This document shows positions 49,016 through 61,989 of a DNA stretch of 64,000 nucleotides, piece after piece (the first letter of the stretch is position 1; each line of letters begins with the position of its first letter). Origin of the DNA: Camelus ferus (lineage: Eukaryota); contig NC_045727.1 in the NCBI RefSeq assembly GCF_009834535.1, positions 15,996,001 to 16,060,000 of the forward strand, read 5' to 3'. The translations under genes were made by a program, and so were the position numbers. A model generated the notes under the pieces. It did not search any database, was not told where the DNA came from, and saw only the letters and a program-made list of their open reading frames with translations.

Positions 49016-49906
49016 AAGGAGATGCCAGCAGGACAGAAGACAGACGCTTAGGGCATCTAGACCTGTGTCCGCTCACAGGGGAACCCTGAGCAAGCCCCTT
49101 TCCCTTTGTGGCCTTAATTTCCCCAGCTGTGCGTTGGGACTAAATTATACCCAAGGGCTCACCAGCTCTGAAGACGCTCTAGTCTTTACAGCGATCATGT
49201 AGTCATAATTCAAAGAATATTTGCTGAGTGTCCATCCTATGCCAGGCCCCAGCTAGATACTCACAGCCGAGTCAGGGAGCCAGACCACCCCCGCCCAGAA
49301 AAGCGCACACTGCTCACACTGAGAACTGTTCTGGGGTGATCTCAGGGATCCGGTGACTTCAACTTCTCTCCAGGTTCTGATAGGCACTTGATTGATGCTC
49401 TGCTTTCTAGATAACCTTTCTCATAAAGAAGAGAGAATCCTTGGGGAGGGTACAGTCTTTCCTCCTTCACTCACCCTTTCCATGCTCCAACCACTGTCCT
49501 CCATCCATCACTGGCGGAAAAGGAAGGAAGCTTTGAGAGTGACCATTGCCATAAAAGGTCTGGCTTGGTGGGGACAGATGTTGAATGACGTCTCTCTCTC
49601 CTTTTCTCAAGAAGACTTTCGAGATCCAACCCTCGGAATGACATGAGCTTTGAGTCACGCGCACCATCATTATTCTCACTCCTTCCCACTCCCCGTCCCC
49701 GGCACTCCAAACAGGCTGTCCTCACCGGACAGACGGATTTGTGGATGGATGATCTTTTTAATTCTTTGGTAGGTCAGACTAGATCACCTTCCACTCCCAT
49801 CTGCGAGCCAGCCCAGACATTTCAAAATTCTATAACTCCAGGATCGTGCCCCAGAGAGAGGAAGGAAAAACAAAAAAACAAAAAATCAAAAAACAAAAAA
49901 AACCAA

Positions 49907-50213
49907 NNNNNNNNNNNNNNNNNNNNNNNNNNNNNNNNNNNNNNNNNNNNNNNNNNNNNNNNNNNNNNNNNNNNNNNNNNNNNNNNNNNNNNNNNNNNNN
50001 NNNNNNNNNNNNNNNNNNNNNNNNNNNNNNNNNNNNNNNNNNNNNNNNNNNNNNNNNNNNNNNNNNNNNNNNNNNNNNNNNNNNNNNNNNNNNNNNNNNN
50101 NNNNNNNNNNNNNNNNNNNNNNNNNNNNNNNNNNNNNNNNNNNNNNNNNNNNNNNNNNNNNNNNNNNNNNNNNNNNNNNNNNNNNNNNNNNNNNNNNNNN
50201 NNNNNNNNNNNNN
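49907..50213. other. Assembly gap (307 N)
   Basis: Run of N after an A-rich tract. Confidence 0.99.
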
Positions 50214-50819
50214 AATGGTGGAAGGGACATTAGAAAATTACCCCCAAGCATTCGCAAGTAAACCAACTGCTTCCTTCCCCCATGAGATGCCTGAGAAAGC
50301 TTAATTGTGCTGTGAGCCCTGGGAATCCATCTCTGTCAAGCCAGTGATTGGGGGACAATTTACAGTGAGTGACAAAGGCAGGGGGTTTGTCTCGACTAGA
50401 ATATGCTGATCAAGTTTCTCCATCCGGACGCCTTGAACGTGTGTTACGCCCTCTTCAATTCCCGAACTTTCTCTCCTGTCTCCCTACCACTGGCCACCTT
50501 TCCCCTGAGATCTGTCCTCCAGGGGACCCCTAGAAGGGTCCACCTTGGGATAGGATGCTCAGAGGCAGGGAGGAGGGGAGACAGCTGGACACAGTGGATG
50601 ACAGACCAGGCTTTGGGGAAAGATAACTGAGGAAGGAATCCCAGCCCCTCTCCTGCGTCTTGAGCAAGTTGCTTCACCTCCCTGAGTCCTTGTTTCCTCA
50701 TTATATAAACAGAGATGTGAGTAGCCACCTCACAGGTGGGTGCTTCATTCACTCAATAAATACTTGCCGAGGGCCAACTGTGGGCAAGGCAAGTGAGGAT
50801 TCCCACTGAGTAGGAAAAA

Positions 50820-50868
50820 ACTTTTTATTGAAGTATAGTTGATTTACAATGTTATGTTAGTTTCTGGT
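50820..50868 (-). mobile_element. Very short L1 3' terminus
   Basis: tttttattgaagtatagttgatttacaatgttatgttagtttctgg. Confidence 0.8.
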
Positions 50869-51619
50869 TCCCACCTCTGGGGTGCGCTATGGAGCCCTGA
50901 GCCCTGCAGGATAACCCTTAGTGAAATGGAGTGAATCGTGGCCCTCAGAACCATTCATTTCCCAGTTTAACTAGCACCCGCCACCGCCTTCGTTAGCAAG
51001 TCTGATTCTCCCTCACAGACAATCATAAAACCATGCATGCTATCAGGTCTCCACAGAGAGCCCCCCTCCCCCAAAAGGAAACAGCCCCAAAGAAAAAGCC
51101 CCCTCCCAAGAGCTTACATTTTCTTCCTCCCTCGGTGCTAAACTTACCCAGATTTCTGAAATTTCTCAGGCAGAAGAGTCCCTGCCGTTTGTCTGCACTT
51201 GACTCACCCACCACCCGGAGGATGAAACTAGCGAGGGCGGGCCGTTCACAGCAGCAGCGAACGTTCGCTGAGCCGTCTCACCCTGAGCCACGCACTGAGC
51301 CTGCTGACTTAAGAGCATCATCTCTGCTGATCCCCATATAACCTGTGAGGCGGGGCAGCTGCTGATCCCAGGATCCTGGTGGAAATTTAGGCCCAGAGTG
51401 GTGGAGCCACCCCAACTCGCGGGGAAGCCCCGAGTCCCACAGCTGTAGGTGGAAGAGCTGAGGGATCAAGCCCAGGCCTGACTGGCTTCAAAACAGGTAG
51501 TGAGCTCCCTGTTGCTGAAGGTATCCAAGAGTCTGGGTAATCACATAGCAAGAAGGCAGTAGGAGGGAATTCAGGGAAGGGGATACTCCAGGATCAAAGC
51601 CACATGAAGAGGCTCCCTC

Positions 51620-51840
51620 TACCAAAGATTTTCTCAACCTCAGTACTAGTGACATTTTGGACTGGATAATTCTTTGGGGGACAGGGGATGGGGCTATCCT
51701 GTGCACCAGCCTCTGCTCTCCAGATGCCAGTAGCAAACTGCTAGCTGTGGCAACCAAAAATGTCTCCCGACAGTGCCACGTCCCCCTCCCCTGGGGGAAA
51801 GGGGGCAGGAACAAAACCTCCCTAGTATGAGAAACTCCGC
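51620..51840. mobile_element. MER20 hAT-Charlie element
   Basis: ttctcaacctcagtactagtgacattttggactggataattcttt...ccagatgccagtagc...accaaaaatgtctcc. Confidence 0.9.
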
Positions 51841-52042
51841 AAAAATTTCTGGAAAAGTCAGGAGACATTCATGAAGACCAGCGCTGACAAGGAAGTGCAG
51901 TTTTACACCCTGGCCATGCCTTCCTAGGAGACAGCCGCGCACTGCAGCAGCCCTTATATCACGGCAGAAATGCTGTATATCTGGTCCCACTGTCAGCATC
52001 CCAGAGTGGCAGAAGGAATATCTGACTGTGTGTAGAAAATAG

Positions 52043-52190
52043 NNNNNNNNNNNNNNNNNNNNNNNNNNNNNNNNNNNNNNNNNNNNNNNNNNNNNNNNNN
52101 NNNNNNNNNNNNNNNNNNNNNNNNNNNNNNNNNNNNNNNNNNNNNNNNNNNNNNNNNNNNNNNNNNNNNNNNNNNNNNNNNNNNNNNNNN
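52043..52190. other. Assembly gap (148 N)
   Basis: Run of N. Confidence 0.99.
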
Positions 52191-52389
52191 TTTGACCTAA
52201 ATGCAATAAATTTGTGCCATTGGTACCACCAGCCCCCAGCCCAACTCTGAGCTGCTACAATAGGACGTCAGTAAGGCTGGACGTATTGAAGAATCTGAGT
52301 GCAACAGAGCTGGAAGGATCCTTTAAAAGTTGCATTCAGGAAGCTAATCCTGCGCTGTGTGTTGCACAGGCATCTTCCTTTGCACTGCT

Positions 52390-52827
52390 CCCATTCCCCC
52401 TCCACCTTTTCCCCCTGACTCTTCTGCCCCATAGGCTACCGCGTGTGGACTGCAATGGACCGCCTTGTTTTCTGCCTTCTGGTTGGGCTCTGCCAACGGG
52501 AGGTCCAGGACAAAATGAGAGAGGGTGGGGATGGAGGTCAGTGTACTATCTCTCCAGCTCCTGCCTGCCAGGGTCTCTGAGTGGTGGCTGCATCCCTCAC
52601 TAAAGGTCTCAGCCCTTGCCCAGAGACCATATAACCCTCCCCGGTCACATCTTCTTGTCTAGGAGTGATGATGGTCCTCTCTGTTACTAGACCCCAAAGT
52701 CTGCACTATCCCGTGTGGTTTTCCTATGCCCTGCCCACACCTTTGTAAGCAGTTCCTTTATTAAACTCTCTACGAATTATCCCAGTATGTATGTGCCGTG
52801 TGTTTCCTGCTGGGGCCCTGACTGATG
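52390..52827 (+). mobile_element. ERVL solo LTR (LTR16A-like)
   Basis: ccctgcccacacctttgtaagcagttcctttattaaactctc...tgtttcctgctggggccctgactgatg. Confidence 0.8.
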
Positions 52828-53337
52828 AACCACATGATTCTTTACTCAAACAAAATCTCATGTAAAAACGCAATAGACAAAACAGACCAAGGCAGGGCTC
52901 CTCCAGCCATTCAGCATGCATTTGTCTGGTGTCTGTCCTCTGCTGGACACCGTGTGCTGGGGACTGAAGAAACCCCGGGGAGGGAGGGAAGCAGGGGTCC
53001 TGCCTGCTGGAGTGTAGAGTCTCACAGGAGGCAGAGGTGGGAACTGTAGCCGGAGTTCCTTGTCCCCCAATGCTGTCCATGTAAACACCTGCCATCTGAT
53101 TCCATCCATCCCATTCCCATTTTTCAGATGGGAAAACTGAGGCCCAGAGAGGGAAAGGGACTTGCCCAATATTTAAGCCAGTCCAGGCTTCTGGAAGTCG
53201 ATTCTACAACTGGAATCCAGCCTTCTTCATTTCTAGTCATGGCTGGTGTTTAGTGAGCTGTTACTAAGTGCTGGACCCTCGGCTACGTAACCCCAGCGTT
53301 TAATCTCCTAACAACAGTCGCTGGTGGGAAGGGCTGG

Positions 53338-53530
53338 CATTGTTTCATTCTTTTCTATGGCTGAGTAGCATTCCACTGTATAAATATACCACAACTTCTT
53401 TATCCAGTCATCTGTTGATGAGCATTTAGATTGCTTCCAAGTCTTGCCTATTGTAAACAGTGCTGCTATGAATAATGGGGTGCATGTATCTTTTCAAGCT
53501 AAAGTTTTCTCTGGGTATATGCCTGGGATG
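53338..53530 (-). mobile_element. L1 fragment
   Basis: tttcattcttttctatggctgagtagcattccactgta...ttgtaaacagtgctgctatgaa. Confidence 0.9.
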
Positions 53531-54279
53531 GGATTGTAGGAGGGAAGAGGAACCAACTCTTGAAAGCACATGCACTTAAGCCAGTGTCTAGGTATGAATG
53601 CTGGCTCTGCCACTTGCTAGCTGTGTGACCTTGGGCAAGTTGCTTAGCCTCTCTGTGCCACAGTTTGTCATCTGTGAAACATTGTCATACAGTGGCTAGG
53701 AGATTCTAAGTGTGTCAGTGTTTGTATTTAGAACACTACCTCGGATATCATGAATATTCTTCGCATGTTTCACACTTTTTAAATACATATAGGAAGAAAG
53801 GAACAAAAAGAGAAACCAACTTATTTCACAGGTGGGGAAACTGAGACCAGGATAGGAAGGACTTGCCACATCTGAGTTATTATCAGAGCTGTTGGGCTCT
53901 TTCCAAAGATGGCACAGGGTGAGGCTGGCACCAGAGAATCCGGTCCCAGCCTGTTGTGATGACTCAGATGCAGAGACGCATCGTGGAGGTGGCAGGAGAC
54001 CCAAGAGCAAACGCACAGTGTGACCCAGGGACCCACCGGCACTTCTCCGTGGGAGCCGCTCCCCCCCCCCCGTCCCTCCCCTCACACCCCCCGAACGTGC
54101 CACTCCAAGACACGGGCCAGATGGATTCTAGAGAGTTCTAAACGTGCCCCTCTCCATCTCGCCATTTAAGAATTACTAGGGATCTCCAGGCTGTACGTGG
54201 AGGAACAAGAAATACTACCAGGCCTGGGCAGAAACCTAATGAGAAACCGAACATGGCCAGGCAGAAGCTTAGCAAGAAA

Positions 54280-54670
54280 TACTGGCCCGGGCTCCCAAGA
54301 AGAACTGCGGGCCCCGGAGATCGGGCGGGCGGGCCGCCATCTCCCCCCACGGATCGATCGCGCGCAAGGCTGCCGACCGCGGGGAAGTAGATAAACGGGA
54401 AGATATACGACAGGAGGGACCCAGGGCTGATGAAAGGGGAAGAGAAGGCAGCTTAAATCAAGGGGCAAGTGCTGCGAGAGAGAGGAGATAACACGATTTG
54501 TGCTTATGGTTAACAGGGAGAATCGGCCGAGGAGCGGGGCCCGCGAGGCAGGGGAGCACTCGGGGAGGATGGCGGGGAGGGGCCAGAGGGGGAGTGCGCG
54601 GTGCTCCCGGGGAATCACGGATCCTCTGGGAGGCGAGCCGGAAACAAGTGACTAAACCGGCAAAATCGCT
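54280..54670. promoter_or_regulatory. CpG island (promoter/enhancer-like)
   Basis: About 34 CpGs in 390 bp (hand count); YY1-like GCCGCCATCT; repeat-free. Confidence 0.6.
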
Positions 54671-55099
54671 CCTAGCCTGTTTGGTTGTGGCCCCAACTGC
54701 ATTTTATCCTCTGCCCTTTTTTTCCCAGCTTTCCTGGGCCTCCCTGAGGGCGCTAAAAACTGCCCACAGCTGCCACCTCCTCCCACAGTGGGCACCATCA
54801 GGACAGAATTCAAAGCCCACGTCGGGACGATGTGGACAACAGTGAACGCTCACAGGGAACGTCCTTGGTGCCTGTGGCTGAGCTCGGAGACTCCTATGTC
54901 TTATTCCAGCGGACAGTCACTCCAGGACTGAGGCACCAGGGTTGTTCCCATTGTACAGAGGAAGAAACTGAGGCTCACGGAAACCAGGGAACTGCCTCCA
55001 ACACGGTAGAGTGGCTCTGGATCCCCAGACTAGGCAAGTCTGGCTCCAGAGCCCACCTGCTTAGAATCCCAACCGTGATTCTAAATGGACTGGATTGCC

Positions 55100-55317
55100 A
55101 TCCACAGTAGCTGGGGGATGAGCTCAGAGGGACATTTCTGCACACAGCTCCTCAGAGGAAGGCTCACAGGGTGGAGCCCCGCTGCCCAGTGAGATAACCA
55201 GTGCCCTACAGTGGGCCCTCCCTCATGCTTCCTGCACCTCCTTCCAACTAAACCTCAGTACCCAGACCCTCGTCTCAGGCTCTGTTTTGGGGGGGGGGGG
55301 GGAACCAGACTGAGACA
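55100..55317 (+). mobile_element. ERVL-class LTR 3' part (LTR16 group)
   Basis: Terminus ccctcgtctcaggctctgttttggg...ggaaccagactgagaca. Confidence 0.65.
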
Positions 55318-55899
55318 GGACTCCATCTACCTTAAATACAAGAAAATGTAAGAATCAGGACTGCCTAAGCCAAGCCAAGTCTGGGGGACTATATGAGGAA
55401 GGCGATTCCTCTCATATTCTCCAAATGTGTTCTACAGCCCAGAAAATAAGAACCCTGGCCGTCACCTTTTCTCCCCTCTTCATCTTCTTTTCACTCTTGA
55501 CATTTTGCCAAACCTGCCGGTGCATGCAAGCTCATTATTCAGTGCAATGTGGAGGCTCGTGTGAATGTTTAGAACTATTAACAACTTGTCTTGAAAGTAC
55601 ACTGAGAGCAAAAGGGTCTTGAAAAATTCTTAAGACTTAGAAATGGTTGCCACATCTTGTAAAAACAACTTCCCAAGAGAATCATGGCTTACCTGATATC
55701 AGGCTGCCCTGGGAATGATGTTGCAGTGGGCATCTCTGTGTTCCCAACAGAACAAACCAGAGGCGGGTCATTGGCACTTTTCTCCCTCAAGATCGATGGA
55801 GGGGAAGGCTTATGACTTTCACAGATTCTTCACTTCCAACAAACAGACTAGGGAGTCTAGTTCTGTTTTAAAAAATGATTTTGAGTTGATGATTAGGGA

Positions 55900-56290
55900 A
55901 GATAATCTCTGTTGAGGCGGCAAAATGCAGAAAATCTGAGACCCAAGGTTAAGAAGTCCAGCCATTAAGGGCAGGAAGGACAGCATTCCAGGCAGAGCGA
56001 ACAGCACGTGCAAAGGCCCTGGGGCAGAAGCAAGCTTGGTGTAGTTGGGACACCCAATGGAGTCAGTGGAACTGGAACAGAGAAGTGAGCAGAATGTACC
56101 CTCTGCTCAAGAGTTTGTGGAGTGTGTATTTTAGTCCTCTAATGATGAGAGCCAATAAAAGGCTTCAAGAAGGGGAATGAGCTTTCAAAAAGCAGACCCA
56201 GAGACTGGCATGGGTGGAAGATCAGAATGCAAGATGGGTCAATAGTGGTGCTGACATTTCATTCTGCTGTTCACTGGATGCATAACTGCA
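55900..56290 (-). mobile_element. L2 LINE fragment
   Basis: cagcattccaggcagagcgaacagcacgtgcaaaggccctggggcag. Confidence 0.75.
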
Positions 56291-56719
56291 AAGCTTTGAC
56301 CCCATCAGCTGGTGGTAGCTTAGCACAGACGAATTTGCTTTTAAACTTCTCATAAAATCACTTGCATGCTATAAACAATCTGATTCCCCTGGTCCAACAG
56401 AATCAAAAAGAAAATAATTCATAAAGAAAAAAAATTACCTGTTCACACCTGAGAGGCTTAGAGTTCAGAGCTAGACTTCTTCTTGCCCTGAGCCCGAGGG
56501 GCATGCTGTCTGCTGCCTTCACAGAGTGAGGGGAAAAAAAGGTGATCAGAGTTGGCTCTCCACAGGGGAACATCACTCTTCGCTGAAACTGCCAAAGAAA
56601 TCACACATATTTGGCAACTGCAATGCTGTCTGTGTAATGCCTGACACTCTGGGGGCCTGTATTCTCTCACCCTTCAAAGCCCAGTTTGCCCTTACACATC
56701 CAGCTCACCCACACATGCC

Positions 56720-57410
56720 CAGCTGAATGGATAACATGAAAAAGACCAAGGACGTCAAGTGTTGGCAGGGGTGTGGAGGAACTGGAGTGCTCATTTATGG
56801 GTGAGAGTACAAAATGGCATAGTCACTTTGGAAACCATGGAGCAGTTTCTTTAAAAAAGTTAAACATATGCTTGTTGTGTGACCAATTAATCCTGCTCGA
56901 AGGAATTTACCTAAAAGAAAACATAGACTCTTAAAAAGTCTGGTGCAAGAACATTCGTAGCAGCTTTGTTCATGATAGGCAAAACCCAGAAATAACTCAG
57001 ATGTCCATCAACAGGAGAAAAACAAACACACTGTGGTATATTCATATTCTACTGCAATAGAAAAGAAATGAGCTATTGACACTTGCAACAGTATGGATAT
57101 ATCTCCAAAGCATTCTGCTGAGTGAGGGAAGCCAGACTGTAAAAATTCCATTTACAAGTGCTAGAATAGAAAAAACTATGGTGATTGAAATCAGATCCAG
57201 AGTTGCTTCTGAGGATGGAGGGATTTCCTGGGAAGGGTACAAGGGAATTTTCCTGACGTGGTGGACATGCTCTCTCTCTTAACAGGGACATGGGTTACAT
57301 AACAGTAAGCCTATATCAAATTGACCTAATTGTATATTTAAAGATCAAGCATTTCACTGAATGTAAACTATATCTCATATTTTAAAGATGTAAAAAGAAA
57401 TAAAATTCAC
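56720..57410 (+). mobile_element. Old L1 3' region (L1MC/ME-like)
   Basis: caagtgttggcaggggtgtggaggaactggagtgctc...gatgtccatcaacaggag...atcaagcatttcactgaatgtaaactatatctc. Confidence 0.85.
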
Positions 57411-57449
57411 TTACTTTTGGCTATCTTCTCTACCCTCTCCAGACTAGAT

Positions 57450-57830
57450 TCGGGGCTCATCTTAGCCTGGAAGATCCTAGAAGCAGACCTAGAGATGAAT
57501 ATTTGCATGTAGGTAATTTATTTGGTAAGAGAGAAGGGAAGTCAGCCAGTAAAGGATGTGTTATCAAGCAGGTAATCACCGTGGGCAATAAGGCTCAGTC
57601 CTGTCACCCAAAGAACACACTGTCACCCAGAGGGGGAGGGAGCTGGGGTATTTATACACCAACTTCTATTAGTCATTGTTTGGGGCATAATTCATTAGCC
57701 TTTTTAACTGACCAGAGCGTGGGTAGAGCAGGTCCAATGGCCAGAGGGAGCCCTTCTAGGGAAATAAATGCAGAAATGTGGGTGTCAGGCTGGCATGAAC
57801 TGAAATGATGTGGGATGGGGTAATATTGGC
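57450..57830 (-). mobile_element. ERVL-class solo LTR (LTR16/33 group)
   Basis: cctagaagcagacctagagatg...gtgttatcaagcagg...gggagctggggtatttatacaccaact. Confidence 0.7.
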
Positions 57831-58489
57831 AGGGCCCCAAAAGCATCTACTGCAGGCCTCATCTTGGTTGCTCCCATAGCCTCTTGCATGCATATTTATC
57901 CCATAGGGATAGAAAGAGTGATTAAAGGCTCAGGTGAAGGAATGAGGCTGACTTGACCTCAAATTCCAGCTCTGACCCTTTCTTCATCACAACCTGAGCA
58001 AATGGTTCTTCTTCTACAAAACAGGAGTCCTGCCTTGTTGGGTAATTCAAGGAGTTTATCCCTGTTCTGTGATTGCCACAGCACCTGGCACATCACAGGA
58101 ACTCCATAAACACTAATAGCAATGAACAGTATTACTACTATGTCATTCATTCTATTTGCCCAAAAATAAAGTCCAAATTAACATTTTTCCCATTAGGATT
58201 TTTTCCCCTTCGATTATTTTTAAGATTTAATTGTTGAAAGAGAATACATTTACATAGTTCAAAATCCAAAAGGTATTAAAGGATAAGCTGTGAAAAGTTT
58301 CCCTCCTTTCACACCCAGTGGCCCTCCTCGCAAGGGACCAAAATGATCAGCATGTTTGTGTGTTTTTCCAAAGATATTTTCATACAGCATTCTAATATAT
58401 TTTGGGCTTGCTTCTATTTTTCTATGGTGGAATCCAGCACTTGCTGGTATTTGATTTGGCATAAATAACATATGCATTTTTAACTTTCC

Positions 58490-58800
58490 ATTTTGAAATA
58501 ATTTTAGATTTATAGAAGAGCTGTGAAGGTAATATAGAGTGTTCTGGTACATCCTTCACCCAACACCCCCCAATGTTAATATCCTACATGACCATAGTAC
58601 ATTGATCAAAACTAAGAATCTGACATTGGGCCATGCTATTAACTATAGTACAGATTTTATTTGGGTTTCACAGTTTTTTCACTAAAGTGGATCCACCCCC
58701 AAGATAGCATGTTGCATTTAGTTGTCATGTCTCCCACGTCTCCTCCAATCTATGACAGTTTCTCAATATTCCCTTGTTACCATGATCTTTTAACACTTTT
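58490..58800 (-). mobile_element. Old L1 3' fragment (L1MC-like)
   Basis: ttttgaaataattttagatttatagaagag...ccatagtacattgatcaaaactaagaa...gcatttagttgtcatgtctc. Confidence 0.85.
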
Positions 58801-60036
58801 GAAGGATCCTATGCAATTATTATAAATTTAATGAATCTATATGTCTTCTTATCCCTGAAGGGCACCGGGACACCCCCAAATTCCACACTTAGAATTGCTA
58901 GTTCAGGGAAGGGGCATTGAGCACTTCATGGCTGTCACTGCCACCAGAAGGCTGGAAATTCAGATCTCCACCAGTGCTGTGTGACCATGGACAAGTAGTG
59001 CTCCCTCTCTGGGCTTCAGAGTCCCCTTCAGTACCATGAAAGAGTGAAATCATGTTTGCATCTCTGAAATTGTATGGCAAAGCAGTCTACACACTCTAAG
59101 ACCTCTTCGAGATCCCAATGTATGTTAGCATATTAAAGACTCTGAAAAGTCCTGCAGTAAAGACACCTGTTTTAATTAAGAGTTTAACCCAGCATTTCTC
59201 AGATGTATTTGACTTCTACCTATTTACCTCCTGAGAAGATCCTTTGGGACATGGGGACTTGGTGATACATAAGACCTGTGAACGGAACTTAAATTTGATG
59301 GCGGCTCAGGAGCAAGTACACTGTCCAGAAAAGGCTGATCATGAAACCAGAGCTGGGGAGAAAGCTTGGAAGGAGGGACACGAAGGGGAAGGCTGAGTGA
59401 AGTCATGGACACAGACTTCCCCTTGGCTTCTCAGCCCTTCTGAACTGCCCAGACCCTGGGCATTGAAGGATCCACACAGAGATGTATGTGGAACCCCCTG
59501 GGAAGGAAATTTGCAGCATCCATTAAAATTGGCAATGCCCTCGGCATTGAACTCACTGATGACGTGTCTAGATCCAGCCATACCTGGGTCACTAATCACT
59601 GCCTCATTGCTTGAGGCTGAAAAAGAAAGGAAAAAATGTGTATGTATGCACGTGTGTGTGTACACCACATAATATACAACCCATCTCAAGAAGGACGGTG
59701 TGACACTAGGAACAGTGGCTGCTTCCAGACTGAGGACCTGAGAGGGATCCGGAGACAGACGTGGGAGAAAGTGACTTTCCACTGATTACCCCTCTGCACC
59801 TTCTGAGTTTTATACTTATGCTAGTGTTACCTACTTAATGAATTTGAATGATAGTTTCCAAAAGAATGAAACACATTTTGATTTACCCATACAGTGGAAT
59901 GCTGTACTATATGCAGCTGTTAAAAAAAAAAAGGAAGGAAAGAATGTACTAAAATGGAAATATCTCCAAACTAGACGTATATAGAGTATCACTCATGTAA
60001 AAAAAGGGGTAAAGAATATAAATATATGCTGAATAT

Positions 60037-60136
60037 ATATAGAAGGATATAAAAAACTAGGAATCATAGTTATTTGTAGGGGAGGGATATAGAAGGATAT
60101 AAAAAACTAGGAATCATAGTTATTTGTAGGGGAGGG
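60037..60136. repeat. Perfect 50-bp tandem duplication
   Basis: atatagaaggatataaaaaactaggaatcatagttatttgtaggggaggg x2. Confidence 0.97.
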
Positions 60137-61989
60137 GCTGGCATAGAAGTCGGAGGGAGATTTTTCACTGTCTTCCTTCAAATATATTTATATACTTTAC
60201 ACATAAATACATTTAATAAATTTTATTACACATGTGTGAACAGTGAATATGTTACCTCTTCAATTAAATAGATAAACATGAACGCAGGACATCAGATTAC
60301 TGTTAAGTGAAAAAGAAGCAAGTTTATAGAACAGTGTATATAACTTCTTTGCCCCCCAAAAAGTGTTTGTATATATATGTGTATATGTGTGTATATATGT
60401 GTGTGTATATGTATTGTGCTTAAATGTGTGTGGGCGTACACATATTTGAAAGTACACACTCTCTCTGGAAAATTCCAGAAAAAAAACTGCTAACAATGGA
60501 TTCTCCCATCAAGGGGGCCAGGGGACGCCCAGGCCCTGTCCACCTGGGGAACCATTTGACTGTTTACCATGTGCATAAAACATTTTTTTTTTAAGTTTTT
60601 CTGGCCTCTGTGAAAGGGTGGTCACCACACCAAGATTTTTCAAGCAAAAATTTAGAAATGACTTAGGCATTCCTCCCTTGGGGCGGGTTTGTATACATTG
60701 CAGCCCATCCATACTCTGGAAGATTCTTCAGATATTAAAATACTTGAGAAACTAAATGTGCCCTTACTTAGACTGACCTAAAGAGATGTCCACCATATAC
60801 TATTAAATGAAGAACAGTTTGCGAATCAAAAATAGAGTGTAATTCAATTTTTGTGGGAAAAAAAATCTGTGTAAATGTACACATGCCTATGTGTTACTTT
60901 TTGCAAACACACATGGAGGATTCAAATCCTGACTCTCTCACTTATGAGCTGAGTGATTTTAGACAAGTGACTTAAAATCACTGGGCCTCAGTTTCCTTGT
61001 TTGTAAAATGGGTGCAACTATCCCACCAGCCTTGAATTAACCCATTTGATTCTTCAAGCGGTGGAGGGCATAATGCCCGCCCCACAGTCAGCACTGTGTA
61101 ATTAAGAGCCGTTATTCTCACACACAAGTTTTAAGTGCATCCTAGGGATGAGGGACCGGTGGTGTTCCCACCACATTCTGTGCTGGTTACACTAGAATAT
61201 GGGACTTGAGTAGGGCAGGAAGAACCATTACTTTCTATTGCTTGAAACCTTTTTTAATAACAAGCATGCATTCTGTTATAATTAAGAGACAAGAAACAAT
61301 AAAAGTAAATTAGTTGGGGGGTGAGGATGGGGGAAACTCCATCTGAACCACAGTAGGGGAGAAAGGAGCTGCATGTACGTGACCATGCCTCAGACCTCAC
61401 ACCTATAAAGCAAGAAGACAGGACCCAAAGCAGCTGCCGCACATCCCGCTGCTAAATCTGTCCACCTTCCTCCCGCTTGCGAGACACAGTGACCAGACTC
61501 AGGAATTACACCTGGGATGTTCAAATTTGTGGCACCCAGAGCACCAGGACATTCAGCCAGTGCCACTGTTTATCGAGCATTGTTTATGACCCCATAGAAG
61601 GGTCAGGGAAGAGAGGGGACATGAGGACTGCAGCCCTGGACTCTGGGGACTGACCCAGAATTGGGTTCAGCCACCAGGGTCTAAACCACTGATCTCTGTG
61701 GAAGAATGCTGGGGTGGGGGGGGGGCAGTATTTCTCCAAGTGCCTTTGCAAAGGGCTTCAGTACAGAAGGCTTTGAAACCATCTGCCGTGAAATCCTCTC
61801 TGCAGCCCCCAGTGAAGAGCCCCAGTTGATAGACCAAGAAATGGATTCTGAGAAGAAAAAGACTTGACTAAGGTCACAGCTGGAGATCAGAGGAGGCTGC
61901 ATTCAAATTCTGGTCCGGCCACCCCAAAGCCGTGCCATTGACACGACACTGCAGCACGGATGGGATCCACCAGACTACGGAGAACCCAT

